DNA of 41,084 nucleotides from a virus (IMGVR_UViG_2667527588_000007:1-41084), one strand, 5' to 3'. Counted from the stretch's first letter, positions 8,991-17,469 are shown. The notes: generated by a model from the letters alone, not told the origin. A program made the numbers and translations.

Positions 8991-9325
8991 ACAGTTTAAC
9001 AACACACTACCGTCGCTCGCAACTGATTGCGCTTCCTGTACCGGGTGGAAAAGCGAAGGTGGAGTATTGCTATGCAGTAAATGTACCAGGTGGCAGGGTA
9101 ATTGTAACCCACAGCTTTGCAGAGTGGGCTGTGGGTGATTTTAACCGGCAAAAGGAGACAGTCCTTTGCGACAAGTTAACCGCTGGTTCAAAGATCACTA
9201 CGGAGTACCCGTCAGAGTCATTCGTTGGGAGCCGGAAACACAACGGGTTATCTACCTCCGTGAAGGCTATGAGCATGAGTGCTTCAGCCCGCTCGAACAG
9301 TTTCGTCGTAAATTCAGGGAAATAG
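8987..9325 (+). CDS. hypothetical protein (frame ambiguity with overlapping TTG-start small ORF 9166-9345)
   Basis: ATGA-coupled start at 8987; C-terminal half is Ser-rich and low complexity, whereas an alternative frame from 9166 (TTG after AAAGGAGA) encodes a more protein-like 59-aa product. Confidence 0.35.
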   Translation: MNSLTTHYRRSQLIALPVPGGKAKVEYCYAVNVPGGRVIVTHSFAEWAVGDFNRQKETVLCDKLTAGSKITTEYPSESFVGSRKHNGLSTSVKAMSMSASARSNSFVVNSGK

Positions 9326-9334
9326 AGGTCGGTC

Positions 9335-10276
9335 ATGAGCACTAAATTAACCGGCTATGTATGGGATGGTTGCGCAGCGTCAGGCATGAAATTATCCAGC
9401 GTGGCAATTATGGCCCGCCTGGCTGATTTCAGTAATGACGAAGGTGTGTGCTGGCCATCAATTGAAACCATTGCCCGTCAGATTGGCGCGGGGATGAGTA
9501 CCGTCAGGACGGCTATCGCACGGCTGGAAGCAGAAGGCTGGTTAACGCGTAAGGCGCGTCGCCAGGGTAACCGCAATGCGTCGAATGTTTATCAGCTTAA
9601 CGTTGCGAAGCTTCAGGCAGCGGCATTTTCTCAACTGTCAGATTCTGACCCGTCAAAATCTGACGCATCAAAATCTGACCCGTCAAAATTTGATGCGTCG
9701 AAATCTGGCAAAAAAGCGGGTTTTCACCCGTCAGAATCTGGCGGGGATCCGTCAGTAAAATCAAAACATGATCCGTCAGATAAAAAACCTTCTCGTCCGG
9801 ACGCTTCGCAACCGGACACGCAGACGGATGAACAGGATTTTTTAACTCGCCATCCTGATGCGGTTGTATTCAGCCCTAAAAAGCGCCAGTGGGGAACGCA
9901 GGATGATTTGACCTGCGCACAGTGGCTCTGGAAAAAAATCATCGCCCTGTACGAGCAAGCCGCCGAATGTGACGGCGAGGTGGTTCGTCCCAAAGAACCG
10001 AACTGGACAGCCTGGGCAAACGAAATTCGCCTAATGTGTGTGCAGGATGGTCGTACTCACAAACAAATCTGCGAGATGTACAGCCGCGTCAGCCGCGATC
10101 CGTTCTGGTGCCGTAACGTGCTCAGCCCGTCGAAGCTGCGGGAAAAATGGGATGAGCTTTCCCTGCGCTTATCACCGTCCGTCAGCACGTACACCGAAAA
10201 ACGCGAAGACCCGTACTTCAAATCCAGTTACGACAACGTGGACTACAGCCAGATCCCGGCAGGATTCAGGGGGTGA
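9335..10276 (+). CDS. replication initiation protein (lambda O-like, HTH N-terminal domain, internal ori iterons)
   Basis: N-terminal winged-helix (IETIARQIGAGMSTVRTAIARLEAEGWL); 15-bp tandem iterons inside the coding sequence encoding an SD-x-SK peptide repeat. Confidence 0.8.
   Translation: MSTKLTGYVWDGCAASGMKLSSVAIMARLADFSNDEGVCWPSIETIARQIGAGMSTVRTAIARLEAEGWLTRKARRQGNRNASNVYQLNVAKLQAAAFSQLSDSDPSKSDASKSDPSKFDASKSGKKAGFHPSESGGDPSVKSKHDPSDKKPSRPDASQPDTQTDEQDFLTRHPDAVVFSPKKRQWGTQDDLTCAQWLWKKIIALYEQAAECDGEVVRPKEPNWTAWANEIRLMCVQDGRTHKQICEMYSRVSRDPFWCRNVLSPSKLREKWDELSLRLSPSVSTYTEKREDPYFKSSYDNVDYSQIPAGFRG
9644..9703. repeat. origin iterons: four tandem 15-bp repeats (TCTGACCCGTCAAAA-like) with degenerate copies to about 9790 followed by an A/T-rich tract
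   Basis: Direct repeats visible at 9644-9658, 9659-9673, 9674-9688, 9689-9703; A/T-rich 9757-9790. Confidence 0.7.
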
Positions 10277-10278
10277 TC

Positions 10279-10767
10279 ATGAGTCTTTTGAATGAAGTTC
10301 AGAAATTCATTGAAGCCCATCCGGGGTGTACTTCCGGAGACATTGCGGATGCTTTTGCAGGTTACTCACGGCAGCGCGTTCTGCAGTCAGCAAGCAAGTT
10401 ACGTCAGAGTGGGCGTGTGGCTCACCGTTGTGAAGGAGATACACGCAGACATTTCCCACGCCTGACTGAGAGAGCGCAGAAGCCGGAACCACAACCAGTT
10501 CGTGAAACCAGACCTGTGCGCAATTTCTATGTCGGCACTAACGATCCCCGGGTGATTTTGTGCCTGACCCGCCAGGCGGAAGAACTGGAGTCCAGGGGCT
10601 TATACCGTCGTGCTGCAACGGTGTGGATGGCGGCATTCCGTGAAAGCCACTCCCAGCCAGAACGAAACAATTTTCTGGCGCGTCGTGAGCGGTGCTTACG
10701 GAAAAGCAGCAAGCGCGCTGTATCGAGTGATGAGTGGTATCTGTCAGGGAATTACGTGGGGGCGTAA
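10279..10767 (+). CDS. hypothetical protein (C-terminal region weakly PerC-like)
   Basis: ATG at 10279 after AGGGGG; 162 aa; C-terminal W/R-rich segment recalls PerC-family activators (low confidence). Confidence 0.45.
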   Translation: MSLLNEVQKFIEAHPGCTSGDIADAFAGYSRQRVLQSASKLRQSGRVAHRCEGDTRRHFPRLTERAQKPEPQPVRETRPVRNFYVGTNDPRVILCLTRQAEELESRGLYRRAATVWMAAFRESHSQPERNNFLARRERCLRKSSKRAVSSDEWYLSGNYVGA

Positions 10768-11093
10768 TGACGACGTTAACTCAATGCCAGCAGCAGGTGC
10801 TGGATATGCTGATTTCTTACCAGAAAGAGCGTGGCTTTCCGCCAACCAATCAGGAGGTGGCAACCATGCTGGGATACCGTTCAGTGAATGCAGCGGTAGA
10901 GCATCTTCGTGCACTGGAGAAAAAAGGCGTCATCACGATAAAGCGTGGCGTGGCCCGGGGGATAACGCTTCATACCGCGGTGAAGGACGACGACAGCGAG
11001 GCGGTCGGGATTATCCGCGCACTGCTTGCCGGTGAGGAAAACGCCAGGCTGCGTGCAGCCCACTGGTTACATGAGAGAGGCCTGAAAGTATGA
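10767..11093 (+). CDS. LexA N-terminal DNA-binding-domain homolog (no peptidase domain)
   Basis: TLTQCQQQVLDMLISYQKERGFPPTNQEVATMLGYRSVNAAVEHLRALEKKGVITIKRGVARGITL aligns by eye with LexA residues about 5-70; TAATG coupling to upstream gene. Confidence 0.7.
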   Translation: MTTLTQCQQQVLDMLISYQKERGFPPTNQEVATMLGYRSVNAAVEHLRALEKKGVITIKRGVARGITLHTAVKDDDSEAVGIIRALLAGEENARLRAAHWLHERGLKV

Positions 11094-11479
11094 AGCTGAT
11101 CTTGCCTTTCCCGCCCAGCGTGAACACGTACTGGCGACACCCCAACAAAGGGGCGTTTGCTGGTAAGAGTCTGATAAGCGCGGCGGGGCGAAAATTCCAG
11201 AGCGCGGCGTGCGCAGCAATAGTTGAGCAGTTACGTCGTCTGCCGAAACCAACGTCGGCACCTGCTTCAGTGGAGATCGTGTTGTTTCCTCCGGATAACC
11301 GGATCCGCGATCTGGACAACTATAACAAGGCGCTGTTTGACGCCCTGACCCACGCGGGTGTGTGGGAAGACGACAGTCAGGTGAAAAGAATGCTGGTGGA
11401 GTGGGGACCGGTTATCCCGGAAGGGAAGGTCGAGATCACTATCAGTAAGTACGAGAAAACGGCGGGTGCAGCCGCCTGA
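11090..11479 (+). CDS. rusA: Holliday junction resolvase RusA
   Basis: 129 aa; LPFPPSVNTYWRH ... RDLDNYNKALFDALTHAGVWEDDSQV matches RusA catalytic Asp cluster; GAGAGAGG RBS. Confidence 0.85.
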   Translation: MKLILPFPPSVNTYWRHPNKGAFAGKSLISAAGRKFQSAACAAIVEQLRRLPKPTSAPASVEIVLFPPDNRIRDLDNYNKALFDALTHAGVWEDDSQVKRMLVEWGPVIPEGKVEITISKYEKTAGAAA

Positions 11480-11498
11480 TCAAGAGGAGAAACGAAGT

Positions 11499-12296
11499 AT
11501 GAATAATCTGATGGTCATTGATGGTATTGAAGTTCGTCGTGATACTTATGGGCGTTACAGCCTGAACGATCTGCACAGGGCTGCCGGTTCTCTGGATAAG
11601 CATAAGCCTGCATTCTGGCTCCGCAATGAGCAAACTGAACGTTTAATAAGCGAGTTGCAGATTTGCAACTCGGTCAATATAGAGCCAGTTAACGTTATTC
11701 GTGGCGGAAATAACCAGGGGACGTATGTCTGCAAAGAACTGGTGTATGCCTATGCAATGTGGATCAGCCCGTCATTCCATCTGAAGGTGATCCGTACTTT
11801 CGACATGGTAACCAGCGCACCGGAAAAATTATCCGGACAGGCTGCTGACAAGATGCAGGCTGGTGTGATTCTGCTGGACTTTATGCGCCGGGAATTAAAC
11901 CTGTCTAACTCTTCAGTGCTTGGTGCCTGTCAGAAGCTTCAGGAGGCTGTTGGCTTACCGAATCTGGCACCGCGCTATGCCATTGATGCTCCTGCTGATG
12001 CACACGATGGCTCAAGTCGCCCGACACTGTCACTGAGTGCATTGCTGAAACAGTATGGTATCCGCCTGACGGCTAATCAGGCATATCACCAGATGGCGAA
12101 GCTGGGGATCGTCGAACAGCGCGAACGATACAGCCGTACCGCGATTAACAACATTAAAAAATTCTGGTCGCTGACGGCGAAAGGCTGCATGTTCGGCAAG
12201 AACATCACCAGTCCCGCAAATCCGCGCGAGACGCAGCCGCATTTCTTCGAATCCCGGTTCCCTGAGCTGTTAAAGCTGCTCGATACCGTTCATTGA
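11499..12296 (+). CDS. KilA-N domain protein (antirepressor-like)
   Basis: Start MNNLMVIDGIEVRRDTYGRYSLNDLHRAAG after AGAGGAGA RBS; KilA-N-type N-terminal domain. Confidence 0.65.
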   Translation: MNNLMVIDGIEVRRDTYGRYSLNDLHRAAGSLDKHKPAFWLRNEQTERLISELQICNSVNIEPVNVIRGGNNQGTYVCKELVYAYAMWISPSFHLKVIRTFDMVTSAPEKLSGQAADKMQAGVILLDFMRRELNLSNSSVLGACQKLQEAVGLPNLAPRYAIDAPADAHDGSSRPTLSLSALLKQYGIRLTANQAYHQMAKLGIVEQRERYSRTAINNIKKFWSLTAKGCMFGKNITSPANPRETQPHFFESRFPELLKLLDTVH

Positions 12297-12297
12297 G

Positions 12298-13293
12298 GTG
12301 ACCGTGAGAGCACTACTGACCCCTGAAATTGCCCCGCGTATGGGGATCGTATTGTTCAGACCAGGTTCAGAGCTGATGCCCCTGTTTATGCAGGGGCGTG
12401 TCCTGCTGGAGCCTGAGCCGGAACGTTATTCATCTTTCCCCAGTGGTGCCGTTCCGGCGGCATCACAACCGCTGGCGGATGATCCTGCCGTTCGGGCCGT
12501 GTTCCGTAATGAGGCAGTGATCCGTCGTGCTGGTGGCGTGGAATGTCTTGAAAGCTGGTTACTTCGTGAAAAAGGCTGCCAGTGGCCTCATTCCGACTGG
12601 CACAGCGAGAACATGACCACAATGCGACACGCGCCGGGCGCGATCCGTCTGTGCTGGCACTGCGATAACCAGCTGCGCGATCAGTTCACGGAACGGCTGG
12701 AATCAATGGCAACGGATAACTGTGCCCGCTGGGTGTTGTCTGTTGTGCGTCGGGATCTCGGTTTTGATGACAGTCACGTTGTGACAATGCCGGAACTGTG
12801 CTGGTGGCTGGTTCGTAATGATCTGGCGGATGCCTTACCGGAAAGCGCAGCCCGTAAGGCACTGAGATTACCGAAGCCTGTTGTGCCGTCTGTCACCCGG
12901 GAAAGTGACCTTGTGCCTTCGGTTCCAGCCACCAGCATCATGCAGGATAAAGCGAAAAAGGTGCTGGCGCTGAAAGTGGAGCCGGAGTCGCCGGAGTCTT
13001 TTATGTTACGCCCCAAACGTCGCCGCTGGGTTAATGAAAAGTACACGCGCTGGGTTAAGACACAGCCGTGTGCATGTTGTGGAAAGCCTGCTGATGATCC
13101 CCACCACCTGATAGGCCACGGTCAGGGTGGAATGGGTACAAAAGCGCATGACCTTTTTGTGTTGCCTTTGTGCAGAAAGCATCACGACGAGCTGCATGCG
13201 GATACCGTGGCATTTGAAGAGAAGTATGGTTCCCAGCTGGAGCTGATATTTCGTTTTATCGATCGTGCGCTGGCAATAGGCGTACTGGCGTAA
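12298..13293 (+). CDS. DUF968-family phage protein (C-terminal Cys/His cluster)
   Basis: C-terminal CACCGKPADDPHHLIGHGQGGMGTKAHDLFVLPLCRKHHDELH, recalled as DUF968 (YdfU-type prophage proteins); GTG start after GAGGTG. Confidence 0.6.
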   Translation: MTVRALLTPEIAPRMGIVLFRPGSELMPLFMQGRVLLEPEPERYSSFPSGAVPAASQPLADDPAVRAVFRNEAVIRRAGGVECLESWLLREKGCQWPHSDWHSENMTTMRHAPGAIRLCWHCDNQLRDQFTERLESMATDNCARWVLSVVRRDLGFDDSHVVTMPELCWWLVRNDLADALPESAARKALRLPKPVVPSVTRESDLVPSVPATSIMQDKAKKVLALKVEPESPESFMLRPKRRRWVNEKYTRWVKTQPCACCGKPADDPHHLIGHGQGGMGTKAHDLFVLPLCRKHHDELHADTVAFEEKYGSQLELIFRFIDRALAIGVLA

Positions 13294-13306
13294 GTGGAGA
13301 ACGAGC

Positions 13307-14059
13307 ATGAACCTTGAAGCCTTACCGAAATATTACTCCCCGAAATCTCCAAAACTGAGCGATGACGCCCCGGCGACAGGCTCTGGTGGTTTAACGATTA
13401 CGGATGTGATGGCTGCGCAGGGGATGGTGCAGTCGAAAGCACCGCTTGGGTTTGCCTTATTCCTGGCAAAAGTTGGTGTTCAGGATCCTCAGTTTGCGAT
13501 TGAAGGTCTGCTCAATTACGCGATGGCACTGGATAACCCGACATTGAATAAATTGAGTGAAGAAACCCGGCTACAGATCATTCCTTACCTTGTGAATTTT
13601 GCCTTTGCTGATTATTCCAGGTCTGCGGCAAGTAAGGCTCGCTGTGAGCATTGTGCTGGTACTGGATTTCATAATGTATTGCGCGAAGTGGTGAAACACT
13701 CCAGAAGCGGGGAGTCTGTTATCAAGGAAGAGTGGGTGAAGGAACTATGTCAGCATTGTCATGGTAAGGGAGAAGTCAGCACAGCGTGCAGAGGGTGTAA
13801 GGGTAAAGGTATTGTCCTGGATGAAAAAAGAACCCGGCTTCATGGTACGCCTGTTTATAAGATTTGTGGGCGTTGCAATGGAAAACGGTTTAGTCGTTTA
13901 CCAACCACACTGGCGCGGCATCATGTCCAGAAACTGGTACCAGACCTGACGGATTATCAGTGGTACAAAGGATATGCAGATGTCATTGATAAACTGGTTA
14001 CAAAGTGCTGGCAGGAGGAATCTTACGCTGAAGCACAATTGAGAAAGGTGACAAGATAA
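13307..14059 (+). CDS. Q: late-gene antitermination protein Q
   Basis: 250 aa with CxxC...CxxC zinc-finger region (CEHCAGTG ... CQHCHGKG ... CRGCKGKG); positioned immediately upstream of late promoter and lysis genes. Confidence 0.75.
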   Translation: MNLEALPKYYSPKSPKLSDDAPATGSGGLTITDVMAAQGMVQSKAPLGFALFLAKVGVQDPQFAIEGLLNYAMALDNPTLNKLSEETRLQIIPYLVNFAFADYSRSAASKARCEHCAGTGFHNVLREVVKHSRSGESVIKEEWVKELCQHCHGKGEVSTACRGCKGKGIVLDEKRTRLHGTPVYKICGRCNGKRFSRLPTTLARHHVQKLVPDLTDYQWYKGYADVIDKLVTKCWQEESYAEAQLRKVTR

Positions 14060-14090
14060 GTGATCTTCGCCGAAAATGGTGACATCATGC

Positions 14091-14119
14091 TTGCAATTTT
14101 CAAAAAACATGGATAAGAT
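14091..14119 (+). promoter_or_regulatory. candidate late promoter (PR'-like)
   Basis: TTGCAA, 17-nt spacer, TAAGAT directly downstream of Q. Confidence 0.4.
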
Positions 14120-14167
14120 TTTCTCAACGATGGGCTTTATGTATCTGCTGTTGATAACCTTCAAGAA

Positions 14168-14190
14168 CTCGCCATTGAGCGGGTTTTTTA
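14168..14190 (+). terminator. candidate tR'-like terminator
   Basis: Short hairpin CTCGCC-ATTGA-GCGGG followed by TTTTTTATT. Confidence 0.35.
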
Positions 14191-14261
14191 TTGTGTAAAA
14201 ACAGAATGACGGTATTAATTAGTAATATAATTATTCGACCATACAACTAGGGGTCGAAAAA

Positions 14262-15047
14262 ATGTATGTTTTTGAGTTAATCAAGCCAGGCAGTAATCTT
14301 AAGTTTGAAAACAGAGAGTTAGAATGGACGTTTAATAACTTATTATCCCATTTAGAAACTGCATTTTATGATGCTAATGTAGCATTAAATTTATTCGAAC
14401 AGGAAAGAACTAAGAATAACAGTAAATTCGATAATATTTCTCAGACATGGCAAGCTGATGTACAGAAACGACAAGCACTGGAAATGCTGGTTCGTAAAGA
14501 GTTTGGTTATCAACCTTATGAATATTCAGAACAGGTTTTTTCAGAGGTCGAGCTACGTCTAAAAAGAGAAAAATGGAATAACGGTGAATATCCGTTGGCT
14601 CATCAACACAGATTGATCTTCTTACATGCAAAATCATTTCTCTACGCTTTGGATGCTATTGATAAATTTTTAAAGGTAATTTCAAAAGAAAATGGCGCGC
14701 CAGAGAACATTAAAAAATTGCATGAACAGCTTTCTAAAGACTTTCCGGATTTAAGAAAGGTAAGGAATTCAGCTCAACACATGGAAGACAGAGTTCGTGG
14801 GCTTGGTGCAGAGAAAGAACCAAAGCCAATAAAACTCAAACCTGTAAATAATATTCATGTTGTTGCACCTCAGGGGGCATTGATGTTGAATAACTTATTC
14901 GGAACTAAATTTGGGTGCACTATGGCTGATGGCTATTATGGTGAAGTAGATATTTCGACAGAGTCTTTGGCAAAGTTGCAAAATTTAATCCAAAAAGTTT
15001 TTAATTCCTTCAGTTGGGAAGGACCAAAGCAACACCTTCCCCGATAA
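14262..15047 (+). CDS. hypothetical protein with HEPN-like RNxxxH motif (candidate abortive-infection/defence moron)
   Basis: 261 aa, AT-rich, all-helical composition; motif RNSAQH fits HEPN R-x4-H; own TATAAT -10 (14226-14231) and own terminator (15065-15097); located between Q and holin. Confidence 0.6.
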   Translation: MYVFELIKPGSNLKFENRELEWTFNNLLSHLETAFYDANVALNLFEQERTKNNSKFDNISQTWQADVQKRQALEMLVRKEFGYQPYEYSEQVFSEVELRLKREKWNNGEYPLAHQHRLIFLHAKSFLYALDAIDKFLKVISKENGAPENIKKLHEQLSKDFPDLRKVRNSAQHMEDRVRGLGAEKEPKPIKLKPVNNIHVVAPQGALMLNNLFGTKFGCTMADGYYGEVDISTESLAKLQNLIQKVFNSFSWEGPKQHLPR

Positions 15048-15064
15048 CATTTTCTTTTTTATTG

Positions 15065-15097
15065 AAAGCCGCCAAATAATTGGCGGCTTTTTTATTT
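15065..15097 (+). terminator. strong intrinsic terminator after moron
   Basis: GCCGCC-AAATAATT-GGCGGC hairpin followed by TTTTTTATTT. Confidence 0.8.
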
Positions 15098-15136
15098 CAC
15101 AGTACCCGCAAATATCGCGAGGTGAGAGATGACGAA

Positions 15137-15463
15137 ATGCCTCATAACCCAAATACCTGGCTGGACTTGGTCCAGAGCTGGTGGCGTGGAGACACACCGC
15201 TGGGCGCAGTGATTATGTCGATTGTTATGGCTGGCTTGCGCATTGCATATTTTGGCGGTGGTGGGGGCTGGAAACGAAAAACACTCGAGATTTTGCTCTG
15301 TGGTGCTCTGACGCTGACTTTTGCATCCGCTCTTGAGTATGTCGGATGGCCTAAATCTCTTTCTGTTGCCATTGGTGGTGGCGTTGGGTTGATCGGTGTC
15401 GATGCTATTCGTGGGGCTGCAATGAGTGTAATCGGTAATAAGTTTGGTGGCTCTAAGGAGTAA
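15137..15463 (+). CDS. holin
   Basis: 108 aa from ATG at 15137 (GAGGTGAG RBS); hydrophobic Gly-rich TM segments; immediately upstream of endolysin; track start at 15080 lies inside the terminator hairpin. Confidence 0.75.
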   Translation: MPHNPNTWLDLVQSWWRGDTPLGAVIMSIVMAGLRIAYFGGGGGWKRKTLEILLCGALTLTFASALEYVGWPKSLSVAIGGGVGLIGVDAIRGAAMSVIGNKFGGSKE

Positions 15464-15466
15464 TTT

Positions 15467-15943
15467 ATGCAGGTACTAAATTCCCAGCGTAAAGCTTTCC
15501 TTGATATGGTGGCTTGGTCAGAAGGAACGGATAACGGACGACAACCGACACGTAACCACGGTTATGACGTTATTGTCGGTGGTGAACTCTTCACTGATTA
15601 CTCCGATCACCCTCGCAAACTTGTCACGCTAAACCCGAAACTCAAGTCAACAGCCGCCGGACGTTACCAGCTTCTTTCACGCTGGTGGGATGCTTACCGT
15701 AAACAGCTTGGCCTGAAAGATTTTTCTCCAGAAAGCCAGGACGCTGTAGCTCTGCAGCAGATTAAAGAGCGTGGCGCTTTACCGATGATTGACCGCGGCA
15801 ATATTCGTCAGGCAATCGACCGTTGCAGCAATATCTGGGCGTCGTTACCAGGTGCAGGTTACGGTCAGTATGAACATAAAATCGGCGACCTGATTGCCCG
15901 ATTTAAAGAGGCTGGTGGGGTAGTAAATGAAGCTGAGATATAA
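15467..15943 (+). CDS. R: endolysin, lambda R-type lytic transglycosylase
   Basis: 158 aa; near-colinear with lambda R as recalled (NSQRKAFLDMVAWSEGTDNGRQPTRNHGYDVIVGGELFTDYSDHPRK...); AGGAG RBS. Confidence 0.9.
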   Translation: MQVLNSQRKAFLDMVAWSEGTDNGRQPTRNHGYDVIVGGELFTDYSDHPRKLVTLNPKLKSTAAGRYQLLSRWWDAYRKQLGLKDFSPESQDAVALQQIKERGALPMIDRGNIRQAIDRCSNIWASLPGAGYGQYEHKIGDLIARFKEAGGVVNEAEI

Positions 15944-16319
15944 GCTGGTTATTGTTGCCTTCTTTGTTACCGTCATTGGTTCCTTCATCTGGTCTGTCGG
16001 GCATTACTACAGCAAATATCAGCACGAAAAGGAGCGTGCTGATGAGGCTGTACGAAATGCTGAATCGGCAACTGCCATTACCAATAACGTCCTGCAATCA
16101 ATACAAATCGTAAATACAGCACTGGAGGCTAGCCAGCATGCAAAACAACAAATCGCACTGGAGTCACAGAGAACCCAGGAAGATATCAAAGTGGCTGTTG
16201 CGAATGATGATTGCGCTTCACGTCCTGTGCCTGCTGCCGCTACTGACCGGTTGCGGAAGTACGCGGACAGTTTACGTGAGCACCCCAGTAGCACCACTGT
16301 CAACCACCCTAACTTCTGA
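15927..16319 (+). CDS. Rz: i-spanin Rz
   Basis: 130 aa; N-terminal TM helix then coiled-coil; overlaps endolysin stop; GGTGGGG RBS. Confidence 0.8.
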   Translation: MKLRYKLVIVAFFVTVIGSFIWSVGHYYSKYQHEKERADEAVRNAESATAITNNVLQSIQIVNTALEASQHAKQQIALESQRTQEDIKVAVANDDCASRPVPAAATDRLRKYADSLREHPSSTTVNHPNF

Positions 16320-16452
16320 AACACCGATTCCAATTATACCTAGTCCACTGACATATGGTGCTAGCCTAGACCTGAATGCAAGTTTGTTATCTGCATTAGG
16401 GCAGTGCAATAGAGATAAAAAGGCTATCCGCAGTATAAACAATGCTAGATGA
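16204..16452 (+). CDS. Rz1: o-spanin Rz1 (lipoprotein), overlapping Rz in +1 frame
   Basis: MMIALHVLCLLPLLTGC signal with lipobox LLTGC, Pro-rich mature part; starts inside Rz and extends past its stop. Confidence 0.7.
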   Translation: MMIALHVLCLLPLLTGCGSTRTVYVSTPVAPLSTTLTSETPIPIIPSPLTYGASLDLNASLLSALGQCNRDKKAIRSINNAR

Positions 16453-16467
16453 AGATTTTAATTTAAA

Positions 16468-16493
16468 TTGAAGATGCCTATTACTAGACATCT
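16468..16493. terminator. palindromic hairpin between converging Rz1 and minus-strand moron
   Basis: AAGATG-12 nt-CATCTT stem flanked by A/T-rich sequence on both sides. Confidence 0.35.
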
Positions 16494-16530
16494 TTATAAT
16501 TTATGCTCAAACCAAAGTGGATTTGTAATA

Positions 16531-16905
16531 TTAAAGACTATTTAGGAGACTCTGAATAATAGGCCATAAAGTTAATGTGTTTGCACCAGCTGAGTAAAAT
16601 CGCTCCATCAGTTGTAGAGGTGTTGATGACTGATTAAACTTGATATCATTTAAAATGTCGTATATTTCTTGTAGCTTCTCTGCACCAAGTTTATCGTTAA
16701 TTTCACTTAAGTTATTTTGTATGGCGATTTCTGCTTCTTTTATAAGCCGAACTGTTTCTGCTGAGTAATGAATATTGTTGGAAAGAAAAGTATTAGCTGA
16801 ATCAATAATTTCATAACCAACATCAGCACCAAATGATTTGTTTCCAATTATTTTGATGTTTTCGCATCCCTCAATGCGATAAGCAACGGTTTTCTTTTCA
16901 CTCAT
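16531..16905 (-). CDS. hypothetical protein (AT-rich minus-strand moron)
   Basis: 124-aa ORF antisense to the late operon, flanked by AT-rich intergenic DNA; weak AGGT RBS. Confidence 0.55.
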   Translation of the reverse strand: MSEKKTVAYRIEGCENIKIIGNKSFGADVGYEIIDSANTFLSNNIHYSAETVRLIKEAEIAIQNNLSEINDKLGAEKLQEIYDILNDIKFNQSSTPLQLMERFYSAGANTLTLWPIIQSLLNSL

Positions 16906-17032
16906 GTTATAACCTGTGTTTAGTTACTTTTATTAGAACCTTGTTATCAGATTTTTCTCATAAAGGAAAGAGTGAAAGAGAAAAATGAATCTCTTTTGTC
17001 AAATATGTCTATCAGATTAAAGAGAGTATTTT

Positions 17033-17383
17033 ATGCCAGCACTGATACCTAGAGCCTGCCGTGTTCGCGGCTGCCACCATACCACTACTGACCCGTCAGG
17101 CTATTGTGAAAGCCATAAAAGCGAAGGCTGGAAGCAATACAAGCCAGGCCAGTCCCGTCATCAGCGCGGCTACGGTTCGAAGTGGGACAGTATCCGCGCG
17201 CGCGTCCTGAAGCGTGACAAAGGTTTATGTCAGTTATGTCTGCGTGCCGGTGTGGTGCGTGAAGCTAAAACCGTTGACCACATCATCCCTAAAGCGCATG
17301 GCGGCACCGATGCAGACAGTAATCTGCAGAGCCTGTGCTGGCCGTGCCATAAGACGAAGACGGCCCGTGAACGGCTAAAGTGA
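17033..17383 (+). CDS. HNH endonuclease (packaging-associated)
   Basis: 116 aa; Cys/His motif (CHHT ... CESHKS ... DHIIPKAHGGTDADSNLQSLCWPCHKTK); immediately upstream of terminase small subunit. Confidence 0.85.
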   Translation: MPALIPRACRVRGCHHTTTDPSGYCESHKSEGWKQYKPGQSRHQRGYGSKWDSIRARVLKRDKGLCQLCLRAGVVREAKTVDHIIPKAHGGTDADSNLQSLCWPCHKTKTARERLK

Positions 17384-17409
17384 TAATAATTCTCAACTGC
17401 CTGAGGGGA

Positions 17410-17469
17410 GGGGCGGGTCAAATCCCTGTGGCCTGACGTCTTCCGGACTGCCCGCCCCATCGTTTTTTT
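17410..17469 (+). promoter_or_regulatory. GC-rich inverted repeat plus T-run; candidate cos/packaging site region
   Basis: GGGGCGGG ... CCCGCCCC inverted repeat (17410-17458) then TTTTTTT; lies between HNH and terS. Confidence 0.3.

Noticed and set aside
14262-15047. Shiga-toxin-type cargo at the Q-holin junction
   Set aside because: Single cytoplasmic-looking helical protein with no signal peptide and no A/B subunit pair; the position is stx-like but the product is not.
16531-16905. bor-like lipoprotein downstream of Rz1
   Set aside because: Product has no signal peptide or lipobox and is longer than Bor; only the position is Bor-like.
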